A stretch of DNA of 63,569 nucleotides, filler included, from Globobulimina sp. (lineage: Eukaryota): the NCBI GenBank assembly GCA_003354225.1. It is 55 parts of 55 records of this genome, joined end to end, with 100 filler letters (N's around TTAATTAATTAA, not from the genome) between each part and the next. Parts side by side here need not be neighbours in the genome. Positions count along the whole stretch, not along the records: positions 49,786 to 50,842 come from PIVH01024642.1; positions 50,943 to 51,999 come from PIVH01024643.1; positions 52,100 to 53,156 come from PIVH01024644.1; positions 53,257 to 54,313 come from PIVH01024645.1; positions 54,414 to 55,470 come from PIVH01024646.1; positions 55,571 to 56,627 come from PIVH01024647.1; positions 56,728 to 57,784 come from PIVH01024648.1; positions 57,885 to 58,941 come from PIVH01024649.1; 47 more parts are not named here. The stretch is one strand, 5' to 3'. Position numbers and translations under genes: made by a program. This document shows, in pieces, positions 50,617 to 62,412 of this stretch. The first letter of the stretch is position 1, and every line of letters begins with the position of its first letter. The notes under the pieces were generated by a model. It was not told where the DNA came from. It saw nothing but the letters and a program-made list of their open reading frames with translations, and did no database searches.

Positions 50617-50942
50617 GGCTTATGACTCCTGAGTAAATATCTAAAAACTCTCAGTAGCTTAATCGTGAGTAAACTTATACATTCCCACAACGACGGCGCC
50701 TATTATCAGTTAACAATATCGATGCGCTCGATGGGAAACAGTACCATATCAAACATTGCAGCGATTCATTCAACACAAGCTAATATACCACCAAAAGAAG
50801 GTAATTCTTCATTACTAGAAGATAATGAACTAAATGAAGGATNNNNNNNNNNNNNNNNNNNNNNNNNNNNNNNNNNNNNNNNNNNNTTAATTAATTAANN
50901 NNNNNNNNNNNNNNNNNNNNNNNNNNNNNNNNNNNNNNNNNN

Positions 50943-51999
50943 AATGAATAATTTCTCATAAATCACACCATGTAATAACTTATTTTTGTCCTCGTCTTTG
51001 ACATTTTCGTCTTCAATCCGGTCATACAATGCTTCCATAGCATTCACAGTGTCATTCTTCCAGTCATAAACTTGCTTTTCCACCTTTGGATCGTCCACAT
51101 CTGGCTTGATTATAATATTATTAATCTCTGAGTCATTCATACTCTTTAAAATCTTATTCATTTTCTTTTTCACTGACTCGACATTCAACTTCTTCTCAGG
51201 CGCATCTCTATGGATTGTAAACACATAATGCACCTCTTCACCATTTACAACACCGCCAATATCAAACACCACTTCTTCTTCCTCATCAATCCGGTCATGT
51301 TTCTGCAATATGACTGCCAAAATCTTCTCCGATTGCGTAACAATCGCTGTACGTACCATATCCTTATGGTCATGCTGTGCGCTTTTGATTTTATTCTCAT
51401 CCGCACCAAAAGTAGGCGTTGCTGTGGGCGCATTGGTTGGCGCATTCTCATCAATATCAATATCAGTCACAATGGTGGTAGTCAACGTAGCTGGTCCATC
51501 CTTGCCGTCTTCTTCCTTCTCATCAGAATCACGTTTAAATACCTGACCAAAATCAATATAAAATGCCATAACATCCATTTCCAGCCTAATAACCGACAGA
51601 TTGCCAGTCTCTGCATCCAATTCAACGCCAAACACATCGTTCTCTTTCATCATAGCTAAGCCACAGTCGCCGCCATCATACGCACAGCCTTTATCCTGAC
51701 AGGCCCGATCGCACACTTTGTCGCCTACCCATGTTATAGGACAGCCAGAGGCACAGTATCTATCTTCCGACCTCTCGCCGCCACCTTTATCCCCACCGCC
51801 TGTTCCAGCACTACTCGTACTGCCCGTATTCACTCCATGTTCATCCAAACAATCCCCGCCATCCCAGCCGCAATCTAACGTATCGCAGGCACCATCACAA
51901 TATCCGTCATGTAACCAGTTATTCGGACATCCTGTATACAAAAAACACGCATATAACACTCAAAAACGCCCAGAAACACTTAACCCTCGGAACATTTGG
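50943..51999 (-). CDS. GNPTAB: GlcNAc-1-phosphotransferase alpha/beta-like (two LNR repeats), internal fragment; intron 51932-51984
   Basis: CSEGCPNNWLHDGYCDGAC..CGWDGGDC and YCASGCPITWVGDKVCDRAC..CAYDGGDCG. Confidence 0.8.
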
Positions 52000-52337
52000 N
52001 NNNNNNNNNNNNNNNNNNNNNNNNNNNNNNNNNNNNNNNNNNNTTAATTAATTAANNNNNNNNNNNNNNNNNNNNNNNNNNNNNNNNNNNNNNNNNNNNC
52101 AAAATAAAAACATTGAAAGTCAAAATTGAATTCTTAAAGGTTGTGTTTCATCGGGAACCATTAACATTTTATTATTAACCTATTTTCCTTCCTAAATTCA
52201 GAAATTGTTTGACTAAATGTAACGTGTAATTGTTTGACTAAATGTAACGAGTTTTTACTAGCTTGCAATTTTGTGACTCACCATAATTGAATAAGCGCAA
52301 CGCAATCTTTTACATTAATTACATTATTAATAATATA

Positions 52338-53055
52338 ATGACCGATATAATTACAGTCAAATCAAATTTCAAGGCATCTCCTGTCGCATCTCCTGATTTA
52401 TCAACGTCAATATTAGAATTAGTCGAACAAGCCGCAGAATGTAAGCAATTAAAATGTGGAGCAAAGGAATGCAAAAGAACATTAAACTCAAACATAGGAC
52501 GAGCAATGTTAGTTGTAATGGCAGCGGATACAGAACGAATTGAGACGTTCCAGCATATTTCATTATTATGTACCTATAACAGTGTTCATTTCGTATTTGT
52601 TGCATCCAAATCATCGATAGGAAAAGCCTGTGGTTTGAGAAGATGCTGCATTATGTGTTGCATTGTTGATAAAAAAGATTCAAATTTAACAAAACAAATT
52701 GAAACAATTCAAGCAAGAATTGAAAAGTTTGTATTTGTATTCAAATGTTTTTGCATTTTTGAGTTATGGAAAAAATGTTTTTTTTAGGATAACACAACCG
52801 AATCATAAAAAGAATGAGAATGTGGAGGAGGATGAAAAGAATAAGAATAAGAATAAGAAAAAAAGGACATTTGAGGAGAGTGAATGTGCTGAGGATGTTG
52901 GTATTGTTCCAGCAACAAAGAAACAGAAAGTTGATGATGTTGTGATTGAGGAACAAGAACAAAAAACTGATGATGAAGGATTAAAAAATAAAAAAGATAT
53001 AATAGTGGATGTTGTGAAAGAAATATCGCAGAATGGTGGAACTTGGAAGTACTAA
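52338..53055 (+). CDS. L7Ae family SNU13/15.5K-like paralogue with charged C-terminal tail; intron 52727-52787
   Basis: KASPVA, ILELVEQA..KQLKCGAKECKRTLN, LVVMAAD, HISLLC, VFVASK..IGKACG. Confidence 0.8.
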
Positions 53056-53256
53056 GAAAAAGGTGAAAAAAGATAAGAAACAAATTTAAGAAATTTGTAG
53101 TATATTGACCTACTGTACCCAGTACCCCCTATTGTAAACACCCTTGATTTAAGTTGNNNNNNNNNNNNNNNNNNNNNNNNNNNNNNNNNNNNNNNNNNNN
53201 TTAATTAATTAANNNNNNNNNNNNNNNNNNNNNNNNNNNNNNNNNNNNNNNNNNNN

Positions 53257-54313
53257 ATTATGCAACTGTATCATTTAAAGAATTAAAACAAAAGACAACG
53301 CAAGAAAATAGTAATGATATCTCAGGCAAACCAATGCAAAGACGATCATGGAGTGAGACAGTATCAAAATGTAAAACTTATGAATGGCGATTGGTTGAAT
53401 ATAATACAGAAACATTTAACTGTGCAAATGAATGTATTTATCAATTAAAATTAATATTATCCGATGGCAGAGCTGATGCGTTGCAACATTACACAAAACC
53501 GATTGATTATCCATTATTTATTAAATATAAAAGTCAATTTAAAATTAGTGAATTAATAAATTTTGTCAACCAACACATTGGACGCTATCATGGTGACAAC
53601 GAAGAGCTGTCCAACATTTTATTAAATATGAATGCAAATTCTTGTATCTTGACCTCTTTTTCGCGGTGTTACGCATCAAATGAATTATTTATAAACCGGA
53701 CACCAAATATTGTCACACATTTAAATATATTTAGCATTGAAAATGAGAATATAAATTCTAGAATGAATGAAATTGATAATAAAGAAAAGCTTATTCTCCG
53801 TATACGATTTGTTGATGGACCAGGTGGTAAATCAGGAACAGTCAGTTCAAGAGTGTCATATTATGATACAGTGAATAAATTAGTTGGTATTCCATATCTT
53901 GTATCATTTAATAAAAATGATAATTTACAAACAATTATTGAACAAAAAGAATTTGATGTTTGGTTAAAAAATAATATTTCGTGTTGTTATAAATTTAATG
54001 GGACTGATAGCAATATCGTGAATGTTCCGAGAAGAGCAAAATCATATAAACATATTCAAACATTTAAGGAAATCATGTCAAGAGATTTGAATGAATGTCT
54101 TATTATAAAATTACGGACGTCATTGAGTGCTTATCGCACACCAATCGCAATTAGAAAATCAATTCATAGCAATAATAATATGAATGATGCTGCTAATAAT
54201 AATGAGGAAGATGCGATACGTTTTCAGATTAATCGTCCACCGCCTTTGGGACATAAGAGAATGAGATTTAAAATGCGGAGGGGACAGGCATTTGGTTCTA
54301 TTTTTAAACCATT
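53257..54313 (+). CDS. Hypothetical protein (partial)
   Basis: Open across essentially the whole contig. Confidence 0.55.
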
Positions 54314-54413
54314 NNNNNNNNNNNNNNNNNNNNNNNNNNNNNNNNNNNNNNNNNNNNTTAATTAATTAANNNNNNNNNNNNNNNNNNNNNNNNNNNNNNN
54401 NNNNNNNNNNNNN

Positions 54414-55190
54414 GACGACGGCGTGAAGACTCATCCCTGGATTTATCAACTTGTTTCTTATGACTGTCACGATTATCATCATTGCGATTGCCGTATCGCC
54501 GTCGTTCTCGTTTATGCGGAGCATGTTTGATGGGCGATTTAGTAACATCGGAGTATTGATTCGTGGTCGAAACCTGATTCTTGCCGTCAATGTAAATATT
54601 AATCTTCTTATCGCGCTCAAATTCGTCCAATTTAAATTGCGTAAACGTGCTCAATAAGAATTGAACCACATTTTTCTGAGTATTTTCATTGAATGATTGC
54701 AACACCGAATTGTTATCCATTAAAAAGCATATTGGCTTATTATTGGCCATATAAATCGTTAATATTTTGATAACTGTGGACCAGAAAACAATGGCATTGG
54801 TGTTTTGTTTGCGCGCAAATGGCGTAATTTTATTATGGAAGAGCTGGATATTGGCTTTTACCATTTGTACCCATCCAATCAATAAACGGGTAAACCGCGG
54901 GGAATAAGGGACTGTATTTAAAGCGGATAGGACAAAATCCATCGCATTCTGCCAAGCTTTAAGGATAAAATAAATGGATAGTTTGGATTTAAAGGCAGAG
55001 TAAATCTCTTTGGAAGGCGAACTAATATCGGACAGATTATATGTCGTTGATAAATATTTAAGCGTCGCATGCAACAATTTGGGGATTTGGATAAATTCAT
55101 CGGATGCGAATCCGGTAAAAAATTGAATAACTTCGTTGCGTGTCTTGATTTTCTTTCTTAGCGCAGAATTTACTAATTATTTAATGCATT
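54414..55190 (-). CDS. Hypothetical helical protein with R/D-rich tail (partial)
   Basis: Long ORF; start uncertain. Confidence 0.45.
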
Positions 55191-55596
55191 CGTTTGTGTG
55201 GTTATATTTAAACGGAGTTATCTGAAACGGTACTTATCATTTAAGCACTTTCAGATACTCACTATACAGTCACTTGTATAGAAACAGTCGTTTCTTTTAA
55301 CAAACTGTTTTACAGAGTACGTAGGGTATATATAGGTACTGTTAATGGTACAGATTATGGAAATTGTGCAGGTTCCGGATGACAGTAAAGGAACACCGTA
55401 CTTTTAGGAAAAAGAATCCAAGAATGAGAAGGGCAGTATCATTCTATGCTGTACAGAGACCCAGCTGCAGNNNNNNNNNNNNNNNNNNNNNNNNNNNNNN
55501 NNNNNNNNNNNNNNTTAATTAATTAANNNNNNNNNNNNNNNNNNNNNNNNNNNNNNNNNNNNNNNNNNNNGAATATTTTTTTTTTGTTTCTTCACA

Positions 55597-56627
55597 ATGG
55601 ATAACGGTGACTGCGTCACCGGATGACTTTAACGACTTACTGAATAATTATGAGTGGGTTAAACATATTTTTGTAAAAAATGAAGCTGAACGGATTCCAA
55701 ATGTATCAAATTTATGTAATATGTTTAAACAATGTGATCATATTACCATTGAAATGGCGAAGACATTGATTAATTTTAATCTAAACAAATTTTGTAGATC
55801 AGTAATTGAGGACACATTAAATATATCAAATAAAAATATAGTGATTGAGTTTAAATGTCCAACGATTAAAAGGGCAGCTTCAATGGAGTTAAAATTTGAG
55901 CAATATTCACAACGATACAATAAATTAAATTTACAAACACATTCCAATGGGAAATCAGTGATTATATTGCCATGTTATAGGGATGATGTTATGTCCTGCA
56001 ATGAGACCGATAAAAGTCACAAAACTGATATCGATTTGAAATTGGACACCGCCGATAATCAATCCGATAAACAAGAAACTTATGAGGAATTATTGCTTGC
56101 CGGATTGACTAGAAAGTACGGCGTGGAATATGAAATCCCATCATCTGTTGTTCAATTATGCCATTTATACTTTGCTTCTTTTGTATTTCCTGCATTGCAA
56201 AGCAAAGTAAAAAGCAAAAGTAAAAATGCAATTTTACGAATATTTGAATTATTTCATAGAGACGATTATCAGGTATGGATGAAGCATTATTGTGGTAAAG
56301 TTGGTGTTGTTGTTGATCATCACATAACAAATGGTGTTAAAGTCAGATTTGAGGGCAAAAAACCGGTCACAATCTGGTATGAACCATCATGTTTTTCTCA
56401 AATTGAAGGTAAATGTATTAAAATGGATATACGATATTTAATTGATGATAAAGTACTGTTTTATCGACAGCCAACAGGAATTAATATGAAATTAAGTCAC
56501 AAAGAATCAGGATTCATTGATAGAGTCGGCACAGTTTGTAAATACGAACAGAATACGCAAACTAAAGAGTTATTATCTGTTTGTTTTGGAGACCAATATG
56601 TTATCCGTAGTTTGCCGAGTCAATGTG
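55597..56627 (+). CDS. Hypothetical multidomain protein (partial)
   Basis: Long ORF; LLLAGLTRK..IPSSVVQLCHLYF helix motif. Confidence 0.55.
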
Positions 56628-56835
56628 NNNNNNNNNNNNNNNNNNNNNNNNNNNNNNNNNNNNNNNNNNNNTTAATTAATTAANNNNNNNNNNNNNNNNN
56701 NNNNNNNNNNNNNNNNNNNNNNNNNNNAAGTTTTTTATAGGCGTTTTTTGGGATAAATATATATATATGTCAATGAAAACGCAATGAAAACAAATAAATA
56801 AAACAATGAACATTGAAGCGTAGCAAATCATATTC

Positions 56836-57784
56836 TTAATATCCGGATAACATCATATTATCATCAACAAATCCTTGGTTTTTACCCTTCCGCGCAGCAG
56901 CTAATTTTGGGCATTGCATAATTCGATGCCCTAATCCTCCACAATAATGACAACCAACGGTACCATCAATATCTTGATAAGAATTATTCATATTATTTTG
57001 TTTCATAATGGATTGTAAGATGGGTGGTATTTTTTGCTTTGCTTCGATTAATAGTCCTAACAAGTCATACAATGTGATTTCGGGTACATTAATATTGATA
57101 AATGTGGTGGCCACACCAGTCTTGCCACACCTGCCCGTCCTACCAATCCGATGGATATAATCTTCAATTTCTTTGGGCATATCATAATTTATCACATGGC
57201 CAATATCTGGGAAATCTAAACCCTTCGAAGCCACATCAGTGGCAACTAATACATCCGCCTCATTATCATAGGCATAGCTTGAATCATTTGTCGATTGCTT
57301 TTGAAATAACTTTATTGCATTTCGTCTTTCATCCATATCCTTTCCCGCATGTATAGCCACCGCAGACACGCCTTTTAGTAATAAGTATTCGTGGACATCA
57401 TCCACATCACATTGGTTACTACAAAATATCAACACGGGCGGCGCAGTTTTTTTTAGACATTCTAGTAAATACACAATTTTTGCTTCATCTTTCACATATT
57501 CCACTTCTTGGATAACATCCAAATTTGCTGCACCTGCTCGACCTACATTGATAACAATGGGCGATACCATGGATTTGGAGGCTAAATCTCGCACTTTTTG
57601 AGGCATAGTTGCGCTGAAAAATACTTTTTGGACTTGGTGCTTGCAGCATGATAATATATCTCGTATGTCGTCTTCAAATCCGATGTCCATTAATCGATCT
57701 GCCTCATCTAACAATGACAAAACAAGACATAGATACTATATTTACATTGTTCTGCATGCCGCATACCTAGACACCAATATGTGA
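56836..57784 (-). CDS. DDX41: DEAD-box helicase DDX41/Abstrakt (5' partial); intron 57708-57766
   Basis: [65 protein letters not shown]. Confidence 0.96.
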
Positions 57785-57884
57785 NNNNNNNNNNNNNNNN
57801 NNNNNNNNNNNNNNNNNNNNNNNNNNNNTTAATTAATTAANNNNNNNNNNNNNNNNNNNNNNNNNNNNNNNNNNNNNNNNNNNN

Positions 57885-57996
57885 TGCTAATAATATCTGT
57901 ATGGATGTAGTGGGTGCTACATTTTCTAACGTATCCACTTACTAATAATTGGGACTGTCTTTTCCTGAGAGGATGGTTCATTTCTTGCTTTAACAT
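57885..57996 (-). CDS. N-terminus of divergently transcribed hypothetical protein (partial)
   Basis: LLVSGYVRK..IHTDII motif, similar to the motif in 55597-56627. Confidence 0.5.
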
Positions 57997-58024
57997 AGCA
58001 TCAAAAACGTTTACTTTGTCGATC

Positions 58025-58941
58025 ATGGCAGAAGAAAAAAAAGATGATCATGATTTATCAGAATGCACAGGGAAAGATTTAGAATCATTTGATTCCGATT
58101 TTGCATCAAATCCCAAAAACGAACTGGCAATGAATATAGTGACACACAGTGAGTTGACAACAGCCGCTTTGTCGCGAGCTGCGCGCTTAACCCACGACCA
58201 TGTTTATTCAGTGTCAATCCCGGAAGAAGGAAAACCAGTTTGCGCACAAAATTCAACTGGCCGTTGTTGGTTATTTGCCGCTTTAAATGTGATGAGGTTA
58301 ATTTTGTCTTTTTTTACGATGATAAATATAAAATTCCTGAAATTATTTCCAAATAGAATACCATTTATGAAAGAACACAAATTGACAGAATTTCAATTCA
58401 GTCAAAGTTACTTATATTTTTGGGACCATTTTGAACGTTGTAATTATTTTTTAGAGCAGATATTAGACACTTTATCAGAGCCATTGGATGGCCGTTTGGT
58501 GCAATATTTATTGTCAAAGCCCATCGAAGATGGCGGCCAATATGATATGATTGTGAATATTGTGGAGAAATATGGGGTCGTTCCACGTCAGATATTCCCG
58601 GAAGTGGAAGCAACGAAAGCGTCGCGGAGATTAAATTGGATCTTAAAGAATAAATTGCGAGAATATGCCATGATATTAAGGTAAAAATATCTGGTCATTG
58701 TGCAAAATATCTGTATCAAACTAGCATGAAATGTAAATATAAAGTTGCAAATAAGCATGTTTTACAGATTCAATTTTATATTTACACGTCATGCCATTTT
58801 GAGTAATATCATTTTTAAGGAAGGAATATGGCCAAAACAAGGGCATCAATGTCAGCAAATTGAGAGAAATCAAGAAAGTGCAATTAAATGAGATATATTC
58901 CGAGGTCAATGACAATCGAATGTATCAATATGACAGTTTTG
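58025..58941 (+). CDS. BLMH: Bleomycin hydrolase (C1B peptidase), partial; introns 58297-58356 and 58681-58819
   Basis: QNSTGRCWLFAALN, FSQSYLYFWD, DGGQYDM..IVEKYGVVP, KLRE. Confidence 0.95.
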
Positions 58942-59041
58942 NNNNNNNNNNNNNNNNNNNNNNNNNNNNNNNNNNNNNNNNNNNNTTAATTAATTAANNN
59001 NNNNNNNNNNNNNNNNNNNNNNNNNNNNNNNNNNNNNNNNN

Positions 59042-59989
59042 CAATGCTTCGGTGTTGCACATTTTATCAAATAATTCTAATTGATCCGTCATACTGTTTG
59101 TGCTGTAATCTTCATACAACACTTCATCGTAACAACTCAAACTGGCCACGAATATTACGGCAGTCACTTGGTTGAAACAGTTGATCCATTTCTTGCGTTC
59201 AGATTTTTGACCGCCAACATCAATGATGGAAAATGCGCCTTTTCCATTTGCCAGCTCATATTTTTCCTCATTGGCTCCTATATTAAAGTATATGTATTTG
59301 TACATATTTTATTATTTATAACAATGTACAAAGATACCAGTGGTCTTATATCGGACCAATAATATGTCAGCTTCATCCGGTACATAACCGATAGTGTTTA
59401 ACTCGTCCAATTTATCCCAAAAATAGGCAGACGAATCGACAATTTTGGTGATATTTCGCATGTCATACATTCTTTGAATGGCGGGTTCCGCCCATAAACA
59501 TTTTATGGCAGAAACGATATCATCATTTAATCGATATTTAGTGTAATGGAGATTGGATAAAAATGCTTCCGCTTCTTTACCGGATTCAGATAATTCAATT
59601 GAAAACTCGTCCTCTTCGAATGCATCCACTTCATCGATACCTACATTTTGTTTTAATTCAATATATTTGCTTTCGTTTTGATGTAATAGCATCATGCCGT
59701 CCCTGTCACCGTTTCTATATTCTTCCAATACGAGACAGGCAGATTGCATTTGCTCGATGACTTGTTCGTGGATATACGATATAAATACACTCCTTTCTGC
59801 GTGATTAAACCCTCTGCCATAAATCCCTCGCAACTGTTTGAATATGGTTGATTTGCCACTACCGCCACTTCCTAAAAATAATATTTTCTTGACTCCGTTG
59901 GAGCTTCTTTTATCTTTTTCTAATTGTTTTGCTATTGTAGAGTTCTGTATGTCTCCATCAGTCGCTCCACACGTAAAACAATCGCCCAT
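59042..59989 (-). CDS. Heterotrimeric G-protein alpha subunit, 3' partial; intron 59278-59337
   Basis: MG start, GSGGSGKSTIFKQ, DILLVRYKTTG, DVGGQKSERKKW..F..VTAVIF. Confidence 0.95.
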
Positions 59990-60319
59990 TTATTTTTATT
60001 AATTCCTTGGTTTGTTTTTTGGAGTGGTTCAGGAAAGACAGCGCTACAATGATCTACAGCTCGAGTTCGAAAAAACAAAAAAACAAAAAAAGAACAGANN
60101 NNNNNNNNNNNNNNNNNNNNNNNNNNNNNNNNNNNNNNNNNNTTAATTAATTAANNNNNNNNNNNNNNNNNNNNNNNNNNNNNNNNNNNNNNNNNNNNTT
60201 TTGTCCATATTGCTGTTGATTCATCGGTGATTTTTGTTGTTGATGATGTCGGCAATGCACAAATTTAAGCTTTAGACTTTAAATCTGTTGACTGACTAAT
60301 GGTTTGGCACCATTGTTAA

Positions 60320-60394
60320 TTAGTTACTAAAATAACTAAATAGTTACTAAATAGTTAGAAAATAGTTACAGTAACTATTTTTGTAACTATTTAG
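60320..60394. repeat. Short tandem plus inverted AATAGTTAC repeats
   Basis: Several TAAATAGTTAC-like units then GTAACTATTT x2; palindrome AAAATAGTTAC-A-GTAACTATTTT. Confidence 0.65.
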
Positions 60395-60575
60395 AACGCC
60401 CAGCCTCGAACCGATTTATTCATTAAAGTTGAAAGAATATGTTGAATTAAAAAAGCAGCAATTTGTACCATCCATTTCAATCCATTTAGGAACAAGTTGT
60501 CAATTTCTTGGTGTCACACAACATTAAGCCTGACTTTTGAAGAATAGCAAAAACTTTTACTTCCATCATTTAAGC

Positions 60576-61255
60576 ATGGGAATTTTTGCAAACACAACGT
60601 ATCTCGAATTTTTTACATCAAATTTAGTACTCAATCGTTATTCGTTTCTCGTCTCAACGTGTCTATTGACAGTGCTTACCATTTTACATATTACCAACTT
60701 ATATAGAAAAAGCAACCTACATAAAAAATCCGAAAACATAGCAGACAAATCAATAGAAGCAGAAGAAACATCCCATTCAAACATATATGCACTTTCAAAG
60801 AACATAAAATCGTTTTCAGCCATAGCTACTATATCACGCATTATCACTGTTTACAAGCGTGGGAAACAAGAAAAATATGTAATACTATCACATTTAATGA
60901 CCATTACTACGATGATATTTTTCATATTTCATGGTGTTGTGGATACACTTGATTTTTATGGTAAATTCCATGGTCTGATCGCCTGTCGATCGGTGCGGAT
61001 ACTCGCTGCAATATTTTGGCATTGCGGTAAAACGGCAATGTATTTTCTATTTTATGCGAGGCTGCAATTAGCATTCTACGACACTGCTTTTCAATATTCC
61101 AACCGCATAGTTTATGGCTTATTATTTCTGATTTGGAATTTTTCGATAAGTTGTATGGTTGGCGATGCTTTTGAAATTTTAGGAGAAGTGCGATATGACA
61201 GTTATTATCAGATTTGGTGGTGCCAACAATTTGTGCCTTTGTGGGGTTGTATAGC
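60576..61255 (+). CDS. Multi-pass (7TM-like) membrane protein (partial)
   Basis: Several TM helices; YFLFYARLQLAFYDTAFQYS motif. Confidence 0.6.
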
Positions 61256-61740
61256 NNNNNNNNNNNNNNNNNNNNNNNNNNNNNNNNNNNNNNNNNNNNT
61301 TAATTAATTAANNNNNNNNNNNNNNNNNNNNNNNNNNNNNNNNNNNNNNNNNNNNAACAAACGGATAAATCATGACTGTCCTCATCGATATCCTCATTTT
61401 TAAATTTCAGACTACGAAGACCCAAATCAAATAAATGAAATAAATAATAATGAATTGAGTCGCATTTAAAATATCTGCATAAAACCTAAAAAATGCATCA
61501 TTATTGTCATTTTAATGTCAAATCACTTCTATAAAAATTGTCAAAAGAAAACAGGCAAATTTGATGTTAGTTAAGTTTTTTTTTAGTTTGTTCAGTTTGA
61601 CAGTAGCTTTTCTCATCTTTCTTTCTTTTATCATGGCATGACCCACAAAAAAACTAACATTACAAATAACATCCGATTGATTTGACTATGAGTTGACATA
61701 TAATTTAATAAGAAAGACTATTAAGTACGCAATGCATTCC

Positions 61741-62412
61741 TTATATGTAGCCATTAATATCAACCCGCAATTCCACTGCGAATGCCGCGTTGAAGGATGA
61801 GAACAAAGACTTTGGCTGCTTCCCACTTTTAAAATCACTGCTTCCCACTTTTAAACGAAATCTCTTCATTGAAGACACATTGCCAGAATATGACCCTCTG
61901 ATATGAGCTTGTAATTTTGTCGGATAATACGTATCATTATTATTTATATCAAAAATAATCCAATCATCGGTTATTTCATTCTGTGTGCTCGCATAATACT
62001 TACTGTCAGATGTTAGCACTCTGTCCGGTACATAGTCGGTATGATGACCTTTATGAGAATGAATTTTCATTGAAATATGTTCCTCTTTGGAAAGATTCAA
62101 CAATTTCCCGGCAACAACAATATATTTAATATTTGATTCAATAGTCATATTTAAAGGTTTTTGAATGGAATGTTGTATCATAAATTGATATTTCTTGTCA
62201 AATTTAAAGACATCTTGCATTTGAGCTGAATATTTATTATTTTGTCCTCTTTCAATTTTCACATTATTTAATATCATCAAATCCGCGGAATCAGAAACCA
62301 CATCAATCTGTTTTTCATCACTATCCACTGCCTCATTCACTGCACATTTAATCACAAACTCATTCGATTTATGTTCCTCATTCGACACAAACTGCCATTC
62401 CAATTTTACTTT
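61741..62412 (-). CDS. Hypothetical protein with C-terminal discoidin/galactose-binding-like domain (5' partial)
   Basis: YVPDRVL..YYAS..DWIIFDI..MKRFRL.VGS. Confidence 0.5.
   Translation of the reverse strand, partial: KVKLEWQFVSNEEHKSNEFVIKCAVNEAVDSDEKQIDVVSDSADLMILNNVKIERGQNNKYSAQMQDVFKFDKKYQFMIQHSIQKPLNMTIESNIKYIVVAGKLLNLSKEEHISMKIHSHKGHHTDYVPDRVLTSDSKYYASTQNEITDDWIIFDINNNDTYYPTKLQAHIRGSYSGNVSSMKRFRLKVGSSDFKSGKQPKSLFSSFNAAFAVELRVDINGYI

Noticed and set aside
52203-52249. 25-bp tandem duplication upstream of the SNU13-like gene (and a similar one at 61815-61856)
   Set aside because: Two-copy slippage duplications with no evidence of function
57914-58684. ORF-track bleomycin hydrolase with N-terminal extension and a 20-aa insert
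   Set aside because: The insert is an in-frame 60-bp intron (58297-58356) and the likely start is ATG 58025
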